Positions 42,367-64,000 of a DNA stretch of 64,000 nt are shown here, piece by piece (the first letter of the stretch is position 1; each line of letters begins with the position of its first letter). The DNA is from Amoebidium appalachense (Eukaryota; Protista; Ichthyosporea): assembly GCA_963693365.1 (NCBI GenBank), contig CAVNZM010000004.1:6140564-6204563 (forward strand). The letters are read 5' to 3'. The position numbers and the translations under genes are program-made. The notes under the pieces were generated by a model. The model was not told where the DNA came from. It did not search any database and saw only the letters and a program-made list of their open reading frames with translations.

Positions 42367-43086
42367 ATGCCAAGATCTTGTGCTGTCTACGGCTGCACAA
42401 CTAATTACAAAGGGCACGAGAGTGCATCTTGTTTTGCTTTTCCTAACAAAACTAAAGAGCCCGAGCGTTTTCACAAGTGGGTCAGTTTCTGCAAACGCCA
42501 AGACTTAACGGTAAATAGTAACACAAGCTGTATAGGTATTTGTATCAAACATTTTAGGCCCGAACAACTTGACCTAGGTTTTGACTACAAAGATCCTAAA
42601 ACAGATATATCTCGGTTTATTAAACATTCCCACCCGAGGTGCAAAGAGAATCAGATTCCTTGCATATTCAACACAGAACTGAATATAGTCATAGAGGAAA
42701 AGACACTCAGGAGAAACCCAGAGGATAGACGAGAAGAGCAAAACAAACGAGCAAAGCTCCAGGAAGAGGCTGAGAAGGCCCGGCTAGAACAACTTGACAC
42801 CATACACTCGTTCAGCGAGTTGTGCGACAACTTCTTAGACCGTCTAAATAGCGTAGGCACGCTGGGGCTCTGGCAAGTCACACAAACGAGCAGTGAAAGC
42901 ATACAAGCGGTACTGCTGTTAACAGTTACCCCGTCATTTCCCGGCGGGGTGCCCTTTCCCTTTGTGGGGGCAGTGGTAACTGTTGATCACCCGTGCACTC
43001 AACCTTTGTGCTTCGATAAGCACGTTGGTTATGCACTCTGGGCCACCTTTTTTTTTGGGAAACTATCCTTAACACTCGGGTTTTAA
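42367..43086 (+). CDS. N-terminal THAP plus charged-helix part of the P-like transposase (239-aa ORF)
   Basis: MPRSCAVYGC...CFAFP...W...CKR...ICIKHF...IPCIF THAP motif, then RRNPEDRREEQNKRAKLQEE. After ~42980 the reading appears to run into intron-like sequence. Confidence 0.88.
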   Translation: MPRSCAVYGCTTNYKGHESASCFAFPNKTKEPERFHKWVSFCKRQDLTVNSNTSCIGICIKHFRPEQLDLGFDYKDPKTDISRFIKHSHPRCKENQIPCIFNTELNIVIEEKTLRRNPEDRREEQNKRAKLQEEAEKARLEQLDTIHSFSELCDNFLDRLNSVGTLGLWQVTQTSSESIQAVLLLTVTPSFPGGVPFPFVGAVVTVDHPCTQPLCFDKHVGYALWATFFFGKLSLTLGF

Positions 43087-43096
43087 ATGTTTGCAG

Positions 43097-44599
43097 ATAG
43101 CCCTTGTGGAGTATCTAAAGGACGACCTCAACTGGGTCTACGTATTTCTGGGCAAGATTATGACCGACCAGTTGGAGGGTCGGTTTGGACACTACAGGGA
43201 AATGAACGGAGGCAATTACCACATTCTCCACCCGCCAGGTAGCCTCTTCCCTCCACCCTTGTTCTCCCCCCCCCCCCCCCCCCCCTTTCCTCCTCCCCCC
43301 ACTCCTTTTTTTCTGAGACAATTTTTCAGAGTCCCTCCCCCTCCCCCCCCTCCCCCTCGTTCCCAACCAACACCACCAACACCACCACCATCCACCCCCC
43401 CACCCCCTCCCTTTTCCCCTACTCCCCCCCCCCCCCCCCCCCCTTCTTTTTTATTCGGATCCTAGAAGGCTTACCCCCACCTTCCTTTCTTAACACCAAT
43501 TGCCAAAAGAAGTAATCCTCCCCCCCCCCCCCCCCCCCCCCTTCACCCCCCTCCCTTTTCCACCTCCATTTCCCAGATCCTCTCCTTACCGACACAAGCA
43601 TTGCATTAACTTGCAAACACCCAAATCAGCCGGCTGCAGCTGGCAACTATTTATGGTCTGTGCGGTGCTCATCATCTGCACAGTTGTAAATCAGGATAAT
43701 GCCAAGCTAACGGAAGGTGTGATATTGAACAGGTGCTTGAGTCTGAGCGGCGCATCCGGCTCATCAACCTCTTCACGTTCCGCCGGGGCACGGGCAAGGC
43801 CGTGGGCATCAGCACTCTCAAGCAGGCCGTCAAGTTCAACGAAACTGCCCTGCTGGCCAAGCCTGCCGTGGAACTGGACGTTCTGCTGCAGCCCTTCTCC
43901 AGCAATGGCGCTCTGTTGGCTGCCATCACCGTCCCCAACAAGAGCGTGGTCGTCTTTCTCGCCGGCTACGCCTGCTTCAAGACGGGGCGGGGCTGCAGCT
44001 GCAAGCAGTGCCGTGGGCGCTTGTTCAGCAGCCGCCGCCTGATGGTGGAGATCCCAGCCAGCGTCAGAGCCCAGCTTGGGCCGGACGTCATCGACACGTC
44101 ATACCTGGAGGCCATCGACCGTGGGGGGCTTTCTACTCCCTCCTACGCGGCCTATGTGGTCGCGGAGACCACTGTGCGCGTGATGGAGTGCCTCACCAGC
44201 AAGGAGCTGGAGGGCAAGTTTCTGCACGCCGGCTCCCACCGCCTGCTGGTTCACACGCTCGCGGTTCAGCACGCCAAGAGCCGGCCGGAGACAAAGACAA
44301 TTCGATGCATTACTTGTGAGGAGTGCGGGGAGGACACGGCGCAGTACCTCGACGGCATCGCCATGAGAATGACCAACATTCTGCTCAACAACTACACCAA
44401 GGAACGCAACGCGAAAAAGAAAACACCAACCAACAAGCCAAACCGGCAAACCAAGAAATACGAGGGTGCATCAACCGGTTTATTGGGGGCGCACGCCGCG
44501 GACGAAGGCCGCCAGCGACGACGTGGAGGCTGTGCTCGAGGAGGAGGACTTCGACGTTTTCTCGTTTTTGAACGACGACGCCCTGGGTGCGTTGTGTGA
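43097..44599 (+). pseudogene. C-terminal remnant of the P-like transposase, two exons
   Basis: Exon 43097-43238 reads YVFLGKIMTDQLEGRFGHYREMNGGNYHI, matching the D-x-LE-x-x-F motif with the last catalytic Glu. After intron 43239-43732, the exon from 43733 reads VLESERRIR...FLAGY...CKQC...IDRGGLSTPS. One extra base in cacattctccacccgccag breaks the expected HISTRQ|VLESE join. The region with the upstream catalytic Asp residues is absent. Confidence 0.8.
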
Positions 44600-45363
44600 G
44601 ACTTAGACAGTTATAGGCAGTGATGATTGCGTCTGGTAGTTTAGCGTAATGTTTGCACAAGTTTTGCACTAAAATTAGTCTGATGTAGGAGACCCCGGAG
44701 GGGCACGTAAGATTTCAGTTTTTGATCACCCTACTCTTTACACGTAATCTGGAGTATTAGTCTATTGCGTGCCTCGGCCCGGTGTGCTATTTAGGAGGCC
44801 TTGGATCTGGCACAACTCCATTTTGTACACGTGTGCAGTGCAGTGCATTTTCTACTCGCCTTCAAATGTAGTGACCGGACGTCCAGCATTTGAACCGCAA
44901 CATTTGTTTAATCCTTGAGGTCATTTCTGGTAGTGGTAAAGAGCAGAGAATATAGCCTTAATTTTTTTGATTTTTCTAGGTTTGCATCGAGTGTTTGCGC
45001 TTGTTCCAGGCGACAGTGTGTTGGTGCGGACGATACTACCCTTCAGCACCTTCTGTCAGGTATGTTTACGTGTACATTGCAAAGGGGAAGAAAAACGTGT
45101 GAAGATGGGGAACCAAAGGGGTGTTTAGTAGAAACGGAGCCAGGGAAAGGAGGAGGGACAATATTGTGTAAAGAACCCCAGATGGCAGTACACACGCTCA
45201 TGTGTACACACATTACAATACAGCCACAGACACGTAGACACGTAGATGCAGAGCAGAGCATGGACACAGGCATTTGACAAGCATCGTCGTGCGCACACAT
45301 GCGCACACGCACACACGGACACACTTCTACCTATACAGACACACGCAATTCACCCCCACACAG

Positions 45364-45740
<377 letters not shown>

Positions 45741-47043
45741 TCACACAGGCCACACTTTTTCACAGACATCTATATGCGTACACACAGAAAGTACTCCTAA
45801 TACACACACCTACACACACACACACACAAGAATGCAGACAACACACATAAGAGCATACCCACCCATCATTCCACATGCACTAACCAACGTACAGTCGCAC
45901 ACAACAATCACACATCGTCCACACCTACACCACCCAAGCACAATCCTCACCCACACAAAGGGCACACCCAGTCACCAACTACGCATGGCACAAGCGTCCA
46001 GAGGGGTTGATAGTTGAAAGATATACTCGGCCTGCATTTCTGGGCGAGGCACGATGTGATGGGGGCTGGGGTGGTTTCGATGGGGAGGATGAGGGAGTTA
46101 GGGTCAACTTGTACTGGAAAAGGAATGGTGGTGGGTGTTTGAGCAAAAGGAGAGGGTGGCTGGGGGATGATGTGTGTGTAATTGCCGGTGTGTTTGTATT
46201 GCTTTTGCGTCAGTGTGTGTGTGTGTGGGGGGGGTGGGGGGGTGGGGGGAGTGTTCCGAGGTGGAGCGCGTGCTCTTGAAAAAAATTTATATGCGGGGTT
46301 GGAGAGAAAGGGGGTTGGATGGTTGGGAATGAAGGGGGGGGGGGGGGGGGGGGGCTGCAAAAGCGAGTAAGAAGATGGTTTTGTGCCTCTGGAAGGAGGG
46401 GGAAGGAGGGAGGGGGTGGGGGAGTGGGGGAAGTGTGAGTGGAGGATGGGCCAGGAGGTATCATTACCTTGGGGAGGACGGGAGGAGGAGGAGGCAGCAG
46501 GGATGATGGAGGGATGGGAATGGGGGGAATGTGTGGGTGGTCATGTATTAGAAAGGGAACTGGTGTGTATGTGTGTGTGTGTGTGTGGGGGGGGTGGGGT
46601 GGGGTGGGGGGAGGGGGGTGGATGGGGAGGTATTTCAGCTTCAATGGTTGGGGGGATTTTGAGAAGGTAAACACGGGGACAAATTACGGGGGAAAATCAG
46701 GATGAAGGGGAAACTTGGGAATAATGAAAATCGTGGGGGTGGGGAGCAGTTTTCTTTTTTCTTTTTTCTTTCGTTCTTTCTTTTCTTTTTTTTGTGTGTG
46801 TGTGTGGGGGGGGGGGGGGGGGGGGAGGGGGGGGTAGTGAAGAGGGACCCAGAGGTGTTGTATTAGGATCGGGGGGGGGGGGGGGGGGAAGGGGGGGGGG
46901 AGATAGGGGGTGAATGAGTGGGGTAAAAATGGGAAATCAGAATTGGACGTGCAACATCACCACACATCCATAAGACACAATCTGACCAATGCCACCACCC
47001 AACCAGTGAGCATCCCCGGTTACCAAATTAGGCTACCGCCACC

Positions 47044-54986
<7,943 letters not shown>

Positions 54987-56445
54987 GTGCGGGAGACAGA
55001 CGGCACTTGTATTTCCCGTTTCTGCGTGTTCGGGTTTAACTTTTTCTTCTTCTTCTTCTTCTTTTTTTTTTTTTTTTTTGGCGACCCTGCAACGGAGAAA
55101 GGGTCATACGGTGCACATCTATGACGGCAATTATAGATTTCGGCCCCTTGCCGCCTATGCCTTTTGTCAGAAGGTGGCCATACAGCATACACTGAGTGTG
55201 ACTGTACAGCATTCTAACAGTTCTTGTTTTCTTTCTTTTCTTTCTGTCTTTTTTTCCTCTTAAGTTTTCATAATTGGGCTGGGGGGGGGGGGTGGATTTG
55301 AGGGGGGAGGGGGGGGGGGGGGGGGGGGTGGATTTGAGGGGCGAGGGGGGGGGGGGGGGTTAGGTGAGGGGGGGGGGGGGGGGTAATGGCTGCACGAGGG
55401 TACATAGGAAAAGAATTTTGGCTGGCTGGACCGGCCTTGTGACTGGTCATTGTATGTTGTATGAACATGGCCTGTGCCAGAAATAATAATCGACACAACT
55501 CTTATATGCATATTACCAGAAGAAAATGAAAACGTTACATGAGGGATTAAAACCGAGGAAGTGTTAGTGTGCATGCCCGAGTGCATGTCTGTGTGTGTTT
55601 ACGTGTGTGGGCGTTTGTGTGTTGGGCGTGCGACACGTGTGTGTTCATGCGTATAGATGCACATACTAAGGCAGATGCACACAGCGTCTGCGAGACAGGT
55701 GTTGAGGAAGGTGTCTTTTTGTTGTGGTTGGTACGTGGGTGTGCAAGTTTGTCTGTATTCCCGAGGTTTGCGATTGCATGGTACCGTTTCAGCCAATCAC
55801 CATCTGGTGCGGCACTGCTTATTCAATCTAAAAATAGACGTCGACTGCCAATGATCGCGATCGGCGCCAGGCAGGCTCACTGCCTGACTCACTGTTGAAC
55901 TTTGAGTTGCAAGCGCCACCGCCTGCTACAACGTGTATGTCGAGTTTTGTTGTTCTGTGTATACATATATACTAGTATGCGTAAGATCTAAAACAAAGAG
56001 CAGTTTGGCACCTAGCACTGCGCCTCTTATACTTGCACAACCTTCCAGCTGCACTCTACAGGCGGCTTCAAAGCTGGACACTGACCACACTGCTTGTTTT
56101 TCGTTTAGGGCTCGGTTGGACGAGCCACTTTGCTGCACATGTTCATTCCTGAGAGACCTCGATAAACATTACTCTAAAACTTAGTTATTTTCCCCCTCTT
56201 GTTTACTTTCAAGAGAACACTTTACAACCTGCCTAGGGTGAACGCTTGAACCAGCACTTCCCCGCTCGGCATAAGCCACGTACCAAGCCTAGACATCGTC
56301 CTCCCAGTGGCAACAACTCCAACCGGCCTGATTTTTCCTTTCCATCTTTCTTGAATTAACACATAGTAAACCAAGCTTAACGATCACCCATGTTCTGATG
56401 CACTGCTAGGGTGTGGCGGCCAGGTGGTTGTCTTGCCACGGTGCC

Positions 56446-56738
56446 ATGGGTGGCAATAACTCTCGTTTGCTCACATACCAAGACATCCAGGGCAGGGGTA
56501 AGTTTCTTGTCGCACTGCTTGACAGAGAGGGATATGGATGGTGAGTATATGAGGGAAAGTGGTTGGGTTGAGGGAGAAGGCAGGGGCGCTGCTTTTCTCC
56601 ACCCTTCGTGCTGATGCCACAGGGGTGCAGTTGATTGTAGCGGATATTCTCAAGCAGATCTCGTTCCATGAACTCGCGCAAAAATGCAAAACGAACGCAA
56701 ACACAGCACCACATGTCTCAAGCGAAAAGACGCACCGA

Positions 56739-56778
<40 letters not shown>

Positions 56779-57049
56779 CCGCCCCCCCCCCTTCCCCCCC
56801 CCCCCCCCCCCCCCCGGTACCTTGCCCAGTTACCAAAAGAAAGTAAGGCCCTCCCTCTGTCCCCCCCCCCCCCCCCCCCCTCCCTGCCAAAAAAGGGCAC
56901 CACACACCCACACACACATTCCCACACACACGAATGCACACACAGGCACACACGAATGCACATACGGAAACACACACACACAGACGCACACACACACAGA
57001 GAGACACACACGTATGCGCACGTGCGCTCAACAACACACACACACACAC

Positions 57050-57097
<48 letters not shown>

Positions 57098-58045
57098 CAC
57101 ACGCACACAAGCAGACACGCCTGAACGCTCAACCGCTCGCCCACACCGAGGCGCACACATGCACACACACATATACTCCCCGGAACCTGAGCAGATCTGG
57201 TTCCTCGTCTGTTTTTCCTATATCAACATACACATCTCCATCCATCTGTCTGCTTACCGTGGTTCCCATCCTGATGCGTCACAACCCCCCCCCCCCCCCC
57301 CCCCCCCTTCTTTCTTCCTTTTGATTTTTCCCCCTCCCCTCCCCCCCCCCCCCCCCTAAACCCGCCCCTTTTTTGGTAGCTGTTTGTCAAAACTCCTGCC
57401 TTGTTCCTGCTGGTTTCGTTCGTCCATCCCTTTCGCCGATCTATCCTTTCTTTGAGGTTCCCCTTTCGTTTAGTGTTCTTTTTCTCTGTGTGCCCCCCCT
57501 CCCCTCCCCCCCCCCCCCCCCCCCCCCCCCCCCCACCCACCCCCCCCCCCACACACACCCACCTTCCAAACCTGCAGCCTGCCATCTATTTTTTCTTTTC
57601 CTACTTGCTGGAACTTGCCCTTCTGCCAACTTGGACCTTGTTATGTTCAGCCGCCGACCTCCATATTCCGCTAAACCTGACCTCGGATCATGTATTAGTG
57701 TGATTTATATAGGTTACGTTTCTTTGTATTATCAACCAACTCAGAAGTCATGGCTGTTTCATGTCGTTGTATGAGCACACCTGCTGACTTTTTTATTTTT
57801 ATTTTTTATTTTTTATTTATTTTTTTATATATTTTTTTTTACAGTGAGTGCCGAAGATCTTCAAAATGTCGAGTTGGCCATCGAACGTCTGGTCAACTAT
57901 GAAGGGTGGGTGCCTGGGTGGTTGTGGCAGGGAGAAAAAGAGAAAGAGAGGATTGCTGGGATGGAGCCTTTTTTTTGGTGTGTGTGTGTGTGTGTGGGGG
58001 GGGGGGGAGGTTGGTGGTAGTGGCGGTGGTGGTGGTGGTGGTGGT

Positions 58046-58081
<36 letters not shown>

Positions 58082-58778
58082 GATGGGGAAGGAGAGTTAG
58101 TGGGCGGGGTGGGGGAGGGGGGAGGGGGAGGAGGGTTGGAAGCAAAGGGGTGGTTTAAATATTTGAGACCCCTTACTTAATCAGTTCAGCCACGATCGCA
58201 ATCACAGCCCCCCTCCCCCCCCTCCCCTCCCCCTTCCCCCCTCCCCCGCAGGGGCCCGGCTCCCCCTCCCTTATGCAATTATTGGAGCCCCAAAGCTTCC
58301 ATTGTGTTGCACTTCAACATATGCCACCGTTCCAAGCACATGTTTGATTTTATGGCAGGATAATCTTTCTGTGTCTTTATACAGACTCATCGAGAAGGCC
58401 ACCTTCTACAATGAGCTTCTGGACATACACCACGTGCCTTTGCAGCTAGCTGAGGTAATATCCCCCCCCCCCCCCCCACCCCCTTCCCCGGCGCTCCGTC
58501 CCTCCTCTTACTCTCAGCCCCCTAAGCCTTTTGCTTCCTTCCCTTTTTCTTCTGGCTCTTGTGGGGTAAAGGACCGCTTATGTCTTTGGACCTTTTTCAA
58601 ATGTCACTCTTACCTGTACATTTTGTTTGCTGTTTCTACGTGATGGTGCGCACCTTTTCTGTTATCTGTTTGCTCTGCAGGGCAGCTATGGTGGGTGGTT
58701 GGGTGGGGGTGAGCCAGGGTGGCTTGTTGGGTGGGTGGGCCAGGGTGGGTGGGTATGGCGATGGTTGTGGGGTGGTTT

Positions 58779-58817
<39 letters not shown>

Positions 58818-59060
58818 ATTATGAGAAAGCAGAGAAAGCAGATTATGAGAAAGCAGGACGGGCAAGTGAAATGTTTTCGGTTCGTTTGAGTTCACGTTCT
58901 TGAACCTCATTCTTGGCTATGTGCTCGGAGAACTAGAAGAATGAATTTTGTATGAGGAGGTGGAGGGGAATGGTTCAGCACGCAGGGGGAGGGGGGAAGG
59001 ATGTGGGGAAGGGGGGTTGGGGAGCTGATAGTGGTGGTATGTATGCAGGCTTGTCTGTGT

Positions 59061-59110
<50 letters not shown>

Positions 59111-59368
59111 GGGGGGTGGAGGGGGGGGAGGAGGGCTTCATGTGACCCGCTGCAGTGGCATAACACCAATATCCCTGAACAAATGTTGGTAGCATACACG
59201 TGTTGTACATTTCACCACGTATGTCACCAAGTCGTTTCTGACCTGCGCATGTGCACAGAGGATCTACACTGTGTTTGGGGGCAACGAGAGAGGTGTATCG
59301 AAGGAGGAGGCCGTATGTGGCATTGTGGCTTTGCAAAGGGCTACAACAGAGGAGAAGAAGAAATGTAT

Positions 59369-59408
<40 letters not shown>

Positions 59409-59538
59409 ACCCACCCACCCTTCCCCTTCCCCCCCCTCCCGGTGCCAAAAAACAAGACCTCCCCTACCAGTCCCCCCCCCCCCCCCCCCCCCCCCCTCTT
59501 TCTTTTTTTCCCACTCACAAAGTAAGTGGATGTGCCCG

Positions 59539-59588
<50 letters not shown>

Positions 59589-59639
59589 TTCCCCCCAAAA
59601 CCCATCCACCCCCAACCCATCCCCCCCTCCCAACCCATC

Positions 59640-59670
<31 letters not shown>

Positions 59671-60754
59671 AAACAAAACATCCACCCCAATCCATCCTCT
59701 CCCAACCCACGAACACAACCACCTCTCCGTCAGCTCTTAGCGGACTGACGTATCCACCCGGCACGTTGTATAAATATATCCTTTCCCCCTCCCCCTTCCT
59801 CTGACTCTCTTCGCCTTTTTTTTTTTTTTTTTTTTGGGGGGGGGGTTTCCCCCCCCCCCCCCCCCCCCCCCCCCCTTCTTTCTTATTTCTTTCAGAAGCG
59901 TTTGCTACCTGCACATTCTTTTTTGTTTCTCTTTCTGATCGTGCAATGCCTTTGCTCCATGTTCGCCGCCCCTAACTAATCCCCCCCTCTCCCCCCCTCC
60001 CCCCCCCCCCCCCCTCTCTCCTCTCCCTTCTCCCTCCCTCCCTCCCTCCCTCCCCCCCCCCCCCCCCCCTCTTTCCTTCCCTCCCCCTTCCCCCAGTGGT
60101 ATTTGACCTGTTGGATACGGATGGTGACGGGGAGCTTCTACCGTCGGACCTTGCAGTGTTCTTTTCTCACAACCGAACACCTGTGGACATCCAGGGCTAC
60201 TTTAAAGAGGTGTGTGCTTTTGTTTGGTGGGGGGGGGGGGGGGGGGGGAGGGGGGGGGGGTATGTAGGGAGGGGAGGAAGGAGGGGGAGGTGGGTGGGTT
60301 GGTGTATGGAGTTGAATGGGGAGGTGGGAGGAGGGGGGCGAAAGGGGGATGTTCTGGATAGTCTTTAATGAGCATGTCTCTGCTCGCTTGGCTGTTGGTG
60401 GGTTATGGTGGTTAGGAAAGCGAGGGCTATGGTGTGTATGTGTGTGTATGGTGATGGTGGTGGTTGGGGCGGGCGGGCGTCCGGGGAGGGGAGGGGGGGG
60501 GGGGGGGGGGGGAAGGGGGTGAGGGGGGGGGAGAGGGGAAAGGGGGGAGGGGGGGGGGTATGCATGCGTGGATGCCTGGGTGCCTGTGTGTGTGTGCATG
60601 TGTTGGCTTGTGTGTATTTAGGTCCACACACGATACACACACAATCGCACACATGCACTCATGCAGACACACGCCTGCACACACACGCACACCGTCCACC
60701 CACCCACCCACGCCCACTCACGCACACACACACACATACACACACGCACACGTG

Positions 60755-60822
<68 letters not shown>

Positions 60823-60962
60823 CACACACCTGCACTCACACACACAGCTACACAGATTTACACAAACTTAATCACACACACACACATATACACACATACA
60901 TGCCCCCCCCCCCCCCCCCCCCCCGCGCCCCCCGCCCCCCCACACACACACACGCACGCACG

Positions 60963-61032
<70 letters not shown>

Positions 61033-61118
61033 CACACACCTACACTCACACACACAACCACGCAGACATACCCAAACTTAAAAACACACACACATACACA
61101 CACATACATGCCCACACA

Positions 61119-61184
<66 letters not shown>

Positions 61185-61227
61185 CCACCCACCCACCCAC
61201 ACACACACAAACACACACACACAAACA

Positions 61228-61274
<47 letters not shown>

Positions 61275-61914
61275 CCCCCACCCCCCACCCTCCCACCCCT
61301 CCACACACACACACAGACACATGCACACACAAACACACACACACACTGCTTGGCGAGGAGCGGATGAGGGCAGAACAAGCTGTGTGGAACACTTTCGGCT
61401 ATGTTTGGCTATATTTGGTATATTAATTTCTGATCCGCGATTGGGGCACAGAACAATGGGGTGATGACGTACAAGTGCTTCAGTGAGTGGCTGGACCACG
61501 ACATTGAAAAGGCTCCCTTGGCCCACTGGATATTCTCACAACTGGTATTGAATCCCCCCCCCCCCCCCCCCCAAACCTCTCTCCTCTGAAGAAAAGGCCA
61601 ATTATCCCTCCCCCCCCCCTCCCCCCCCCCCCTCCCCCCCCTGAAACAAAAAAAAAAAGGAAGAAAGAAAGAAAGAAAGGAATAATACCGCTTCCATCCC
61701 ACCCGCTTACCCCGTTGCTCACCTTATTTATCCTCCCCCCCCCCCCCCCCACCCTTCCATAACTTGCAGAGCAATCCTCCCCAGCCCAGCCCAGGCCACC
61801 CCTCCCCACACCACAGGATGGATGCTGCTTATGATGCATACTCTTAGTTTCTTCTTTGCAAGCTACATGGTGACGTCGTCGTAAAATATGTACTTCGTAC
61901 TTTGTGGACACATT

Positions 61915-61958
<44 letters not shown>

Positions 61959-62501
61959 AAAAAAAAAAAAAAGAAAGAAAGAAAGAAAAAAAGAAAAGAA
62001 AAAAAAAAAAAAGAGGAGGGGGAGAGAGGGGGGGGGAGGGGGAGAGGGGGGAGAGGGGGGGGCATGGGGGGGAGGGCGGGGGTTGCAGTGTGCCCGATAT
62101 ACTTCACCCTACCATGCACACAGTGCTGACCCCACTTTGGCCACAGGACTACACGTCATGGAGGCAACACCGAACAGTCGGTCTGGAAGATGCACTGGCA
62201 TCCGTCACTTACTGTGAGTACCCCCCTTTTTTCCCGGGGGAAGAGGGGGGGGGGGGGGGGGGGGGGGGGGCTTTTGTGCACCTTGGGAGGGCGGGATGGG
62301 AAGAGGAGGGCTGATGGCATGGAGGGGAAGTGGTTTGCATAAATAGAAGAAAGGTCAGCAGACGAGGGTATGGAAAGGGTATGCGGGTGCATGTGTTAGC
62401 TTGTACTTGCAGGTGTGTCATGGGTGAGGATGGCGACCGAGCAGGAAGATATGGAGAGTGTGTGTGTGTGGATGATGGTCGCGGTCGTGGGCGGTGTGTG
62501 T

Positions 62502-62532
<31 letters not shown>

Positions 62533-62755
62533 GGGGGGGGGGGGAGAAGGGGGGGATTTAAGTGTAATGAATCGGGATATGAGTACATAGATTGGAGGAG
62601 TAGGGGACTGTGAATGGACAAGCCCAGGGTACTCTTTTTGTGCGACTGTTGGTAGGGGCACGGAGATGTGGTTGTGTGCGTGCTTCAACCCCTCCCTCCC
62701 CCTCCCCCCTCCCCCCCCCCCCTCCCCTCTTCCCTCCCTTCCTCCCTCCCTCCCC

Positions 62756-62791
<36 letters not shown>

Positions 62792-63348
62792 CTTCTTCCC
62801 TGACTCCCCATCTCTGTGGGCCCGATATTTGGGGCTAAGAAGTAGTAAAACTGAAAAAAATCTTGACACTGCAGTTAGCGAGACGGACATCAAATTTCTG
62901 AAAGAAAAATACGAAACACTGCAGGCGGAGTCGGATACCGGACGGGTGGGTACATTTCCCGCGGGGGGGGAGGGGGGGGAGGGGGGGGGGGGGGGATTTA
63001 CTAAGAATATGCATAGAGGTATTGCTTGAAAAAAAGTCATCTCACATGTGATAATAGAAAAGGGTTGAACAGTGGGGGGGGGGGGGGGGGGGGGGGGGGG
63101 AGGGGGGGAGGGAGGGATGAGGGAATGGAAGAGGAATACTATAAAGAATAGAAGTACAATTCTGCAAATTCGGAAATCCTCCCATGGTGCTCTGTTTGTG
63201 TGCTTTCTTTCTTTTTTTTTTTTTTCTTTTTTTTTAAGGCGTGCATGTGCTCGGTTTCTTGCTGGCGTGCCTGGGCTCATGGACAGGGGGTGGAAAGTCT
63301 GAGAGCTGAGGGGGGAGTTTGTGGAATGGGCTTGTGGGGAGTGGAGGG

Positions 63349-63380
<32 letters not shown>

Positions 63381-63777
63381 GGACCGGGGGAGGGGAGGGA
63401 GGAGGAGGGGGGAATGGGGGGGGAGGGGGAAGGGGGGGGGGTGGGAAGGGACATGTTGCAAGAGATCTCGCAGTCATGAGGATCATAATGCTGATTCTTC
63501 ATTCCGAACGTGCGCTAACAGGAAAAGGAAGCCACAAAAAGAATGAAGAAGAAAAGCCTTGCCCTTAAAAGCTTCAATGAGAGAGGCGGTTTCTTGCTGG
63601 CTTGCCTGTGCTCTGTTTCTTGCTTGTGTGCCGGTGCTCTCTTTCGTGTCAAGCCGGTCGAGCAATGCGCCACCAGATGACGCTGCTGGGTATGACTGAT
63701 GGACATTTATTGCAGGTCGATATTGACACGGTGGTGAAATTGCTCTCCCCACCACTACCCGAAGAGATATGTGAACG
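56446..63777 (+). CDS. USP32: USP32-like deubiquitinase, N-terminal EF-hand region only; the gene continues beyond the window
   Basis: Spliced: [17 protein letters not shown] | [16 protein letters not shown] (~57845) | [19 protein letters not shown] (~58385) | [35 protein letters not shown] (~59259) | [13 protein letters not shown] (EF-hand, ~60096) | [10 protein letters not shown]...LAHWIF (~61452) | ALASVTY (~62147) | [23 protein letters not shown] (~62875) | [20 protein letters not shown] (~63717). This is colinear with the animal USP32 N-terminus as I recall it. The MGxxxS start resembles a myristoylation motif. The catalytic domain is not in the window. Confidence 0.85.
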
Positions 63778-64000
63778 TCAGTACCCTTCCCCCCCCCCCC
63801 CCCCCCCCCATATTTCCCCGCCCCAGTTGCCCAGCTCTCCTGCTTGAAAATGGTTGTGGTAAGTGGTTTGGTATGGTTCTCCTAGGTGCGGTACTGTATT
63901 GAACAGAGGCGGCAGCACTTGTTCCTGCAGTTTATCTGGAGGAGAAGGGGAGGGAGTGATGGGGGAAAAAGGGTAAGGGGGGGGGGGGGGGGGGGGGGGG

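Larger units (their letters stand above)
41753..44803 (+). mobile_element. P-superfamily (THAP9-like) DNA transposon, 3051 bp, internally deleted and non-autonomous
   Basis: Perfect 36-bp TIRs: caaggcctcctaaatagcacaccgggccgaggcacg at 41753-41788 and its reverse complement at 44768-44803. 8-bp TSD GATCTGGC at 41745-41752 and 44804-44811. CA...TG termini, a THAP ORF and C-terminal P-transposase motifs. Confidence 0.95.

Overview
Eukaryotic, intron-rich genomic DNA. The introns are filled with poly-C/poly-G runs and (CA)n/(GT)n/(CT)n microsatellites, so almost all ORFs in the supplied track are low-complexity artefacts. By splicing GT-AG exons by eye I reconstructed six spliced genes: an unknown Gly/Pro/Gln-rich gene (-, 968-10617), a four-CBS-domain AMPK-gamma/Sds23-like gene (+, 12341-22268), a GIDE-like membrane protein gene (-, ~23000-28434), a classical SDR/HPGD-like dehydrogenase (-, 29724-34594), RRS1 (+, 47044-54986) and the 5' part of a USP32-like gene (+, from 56446, running off the window). 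There is also an intronless THAP gene (+, 35115-36284). Mobile DNA comprises an internally deleted P-superfamily transposon with perfect 36-bp TIRs and an 8-bp TSD (41753-44803), a 917-bp TIR element with a 9-bp TSD in RRS1 intron 1, and a multi-copy structured intronic repeat that always lies sense to its host gene and ends in C-runs. Gene content suggests a holozoan-like organism (inference only). No database searches or folding programs were run, and some exon borders are approximate.
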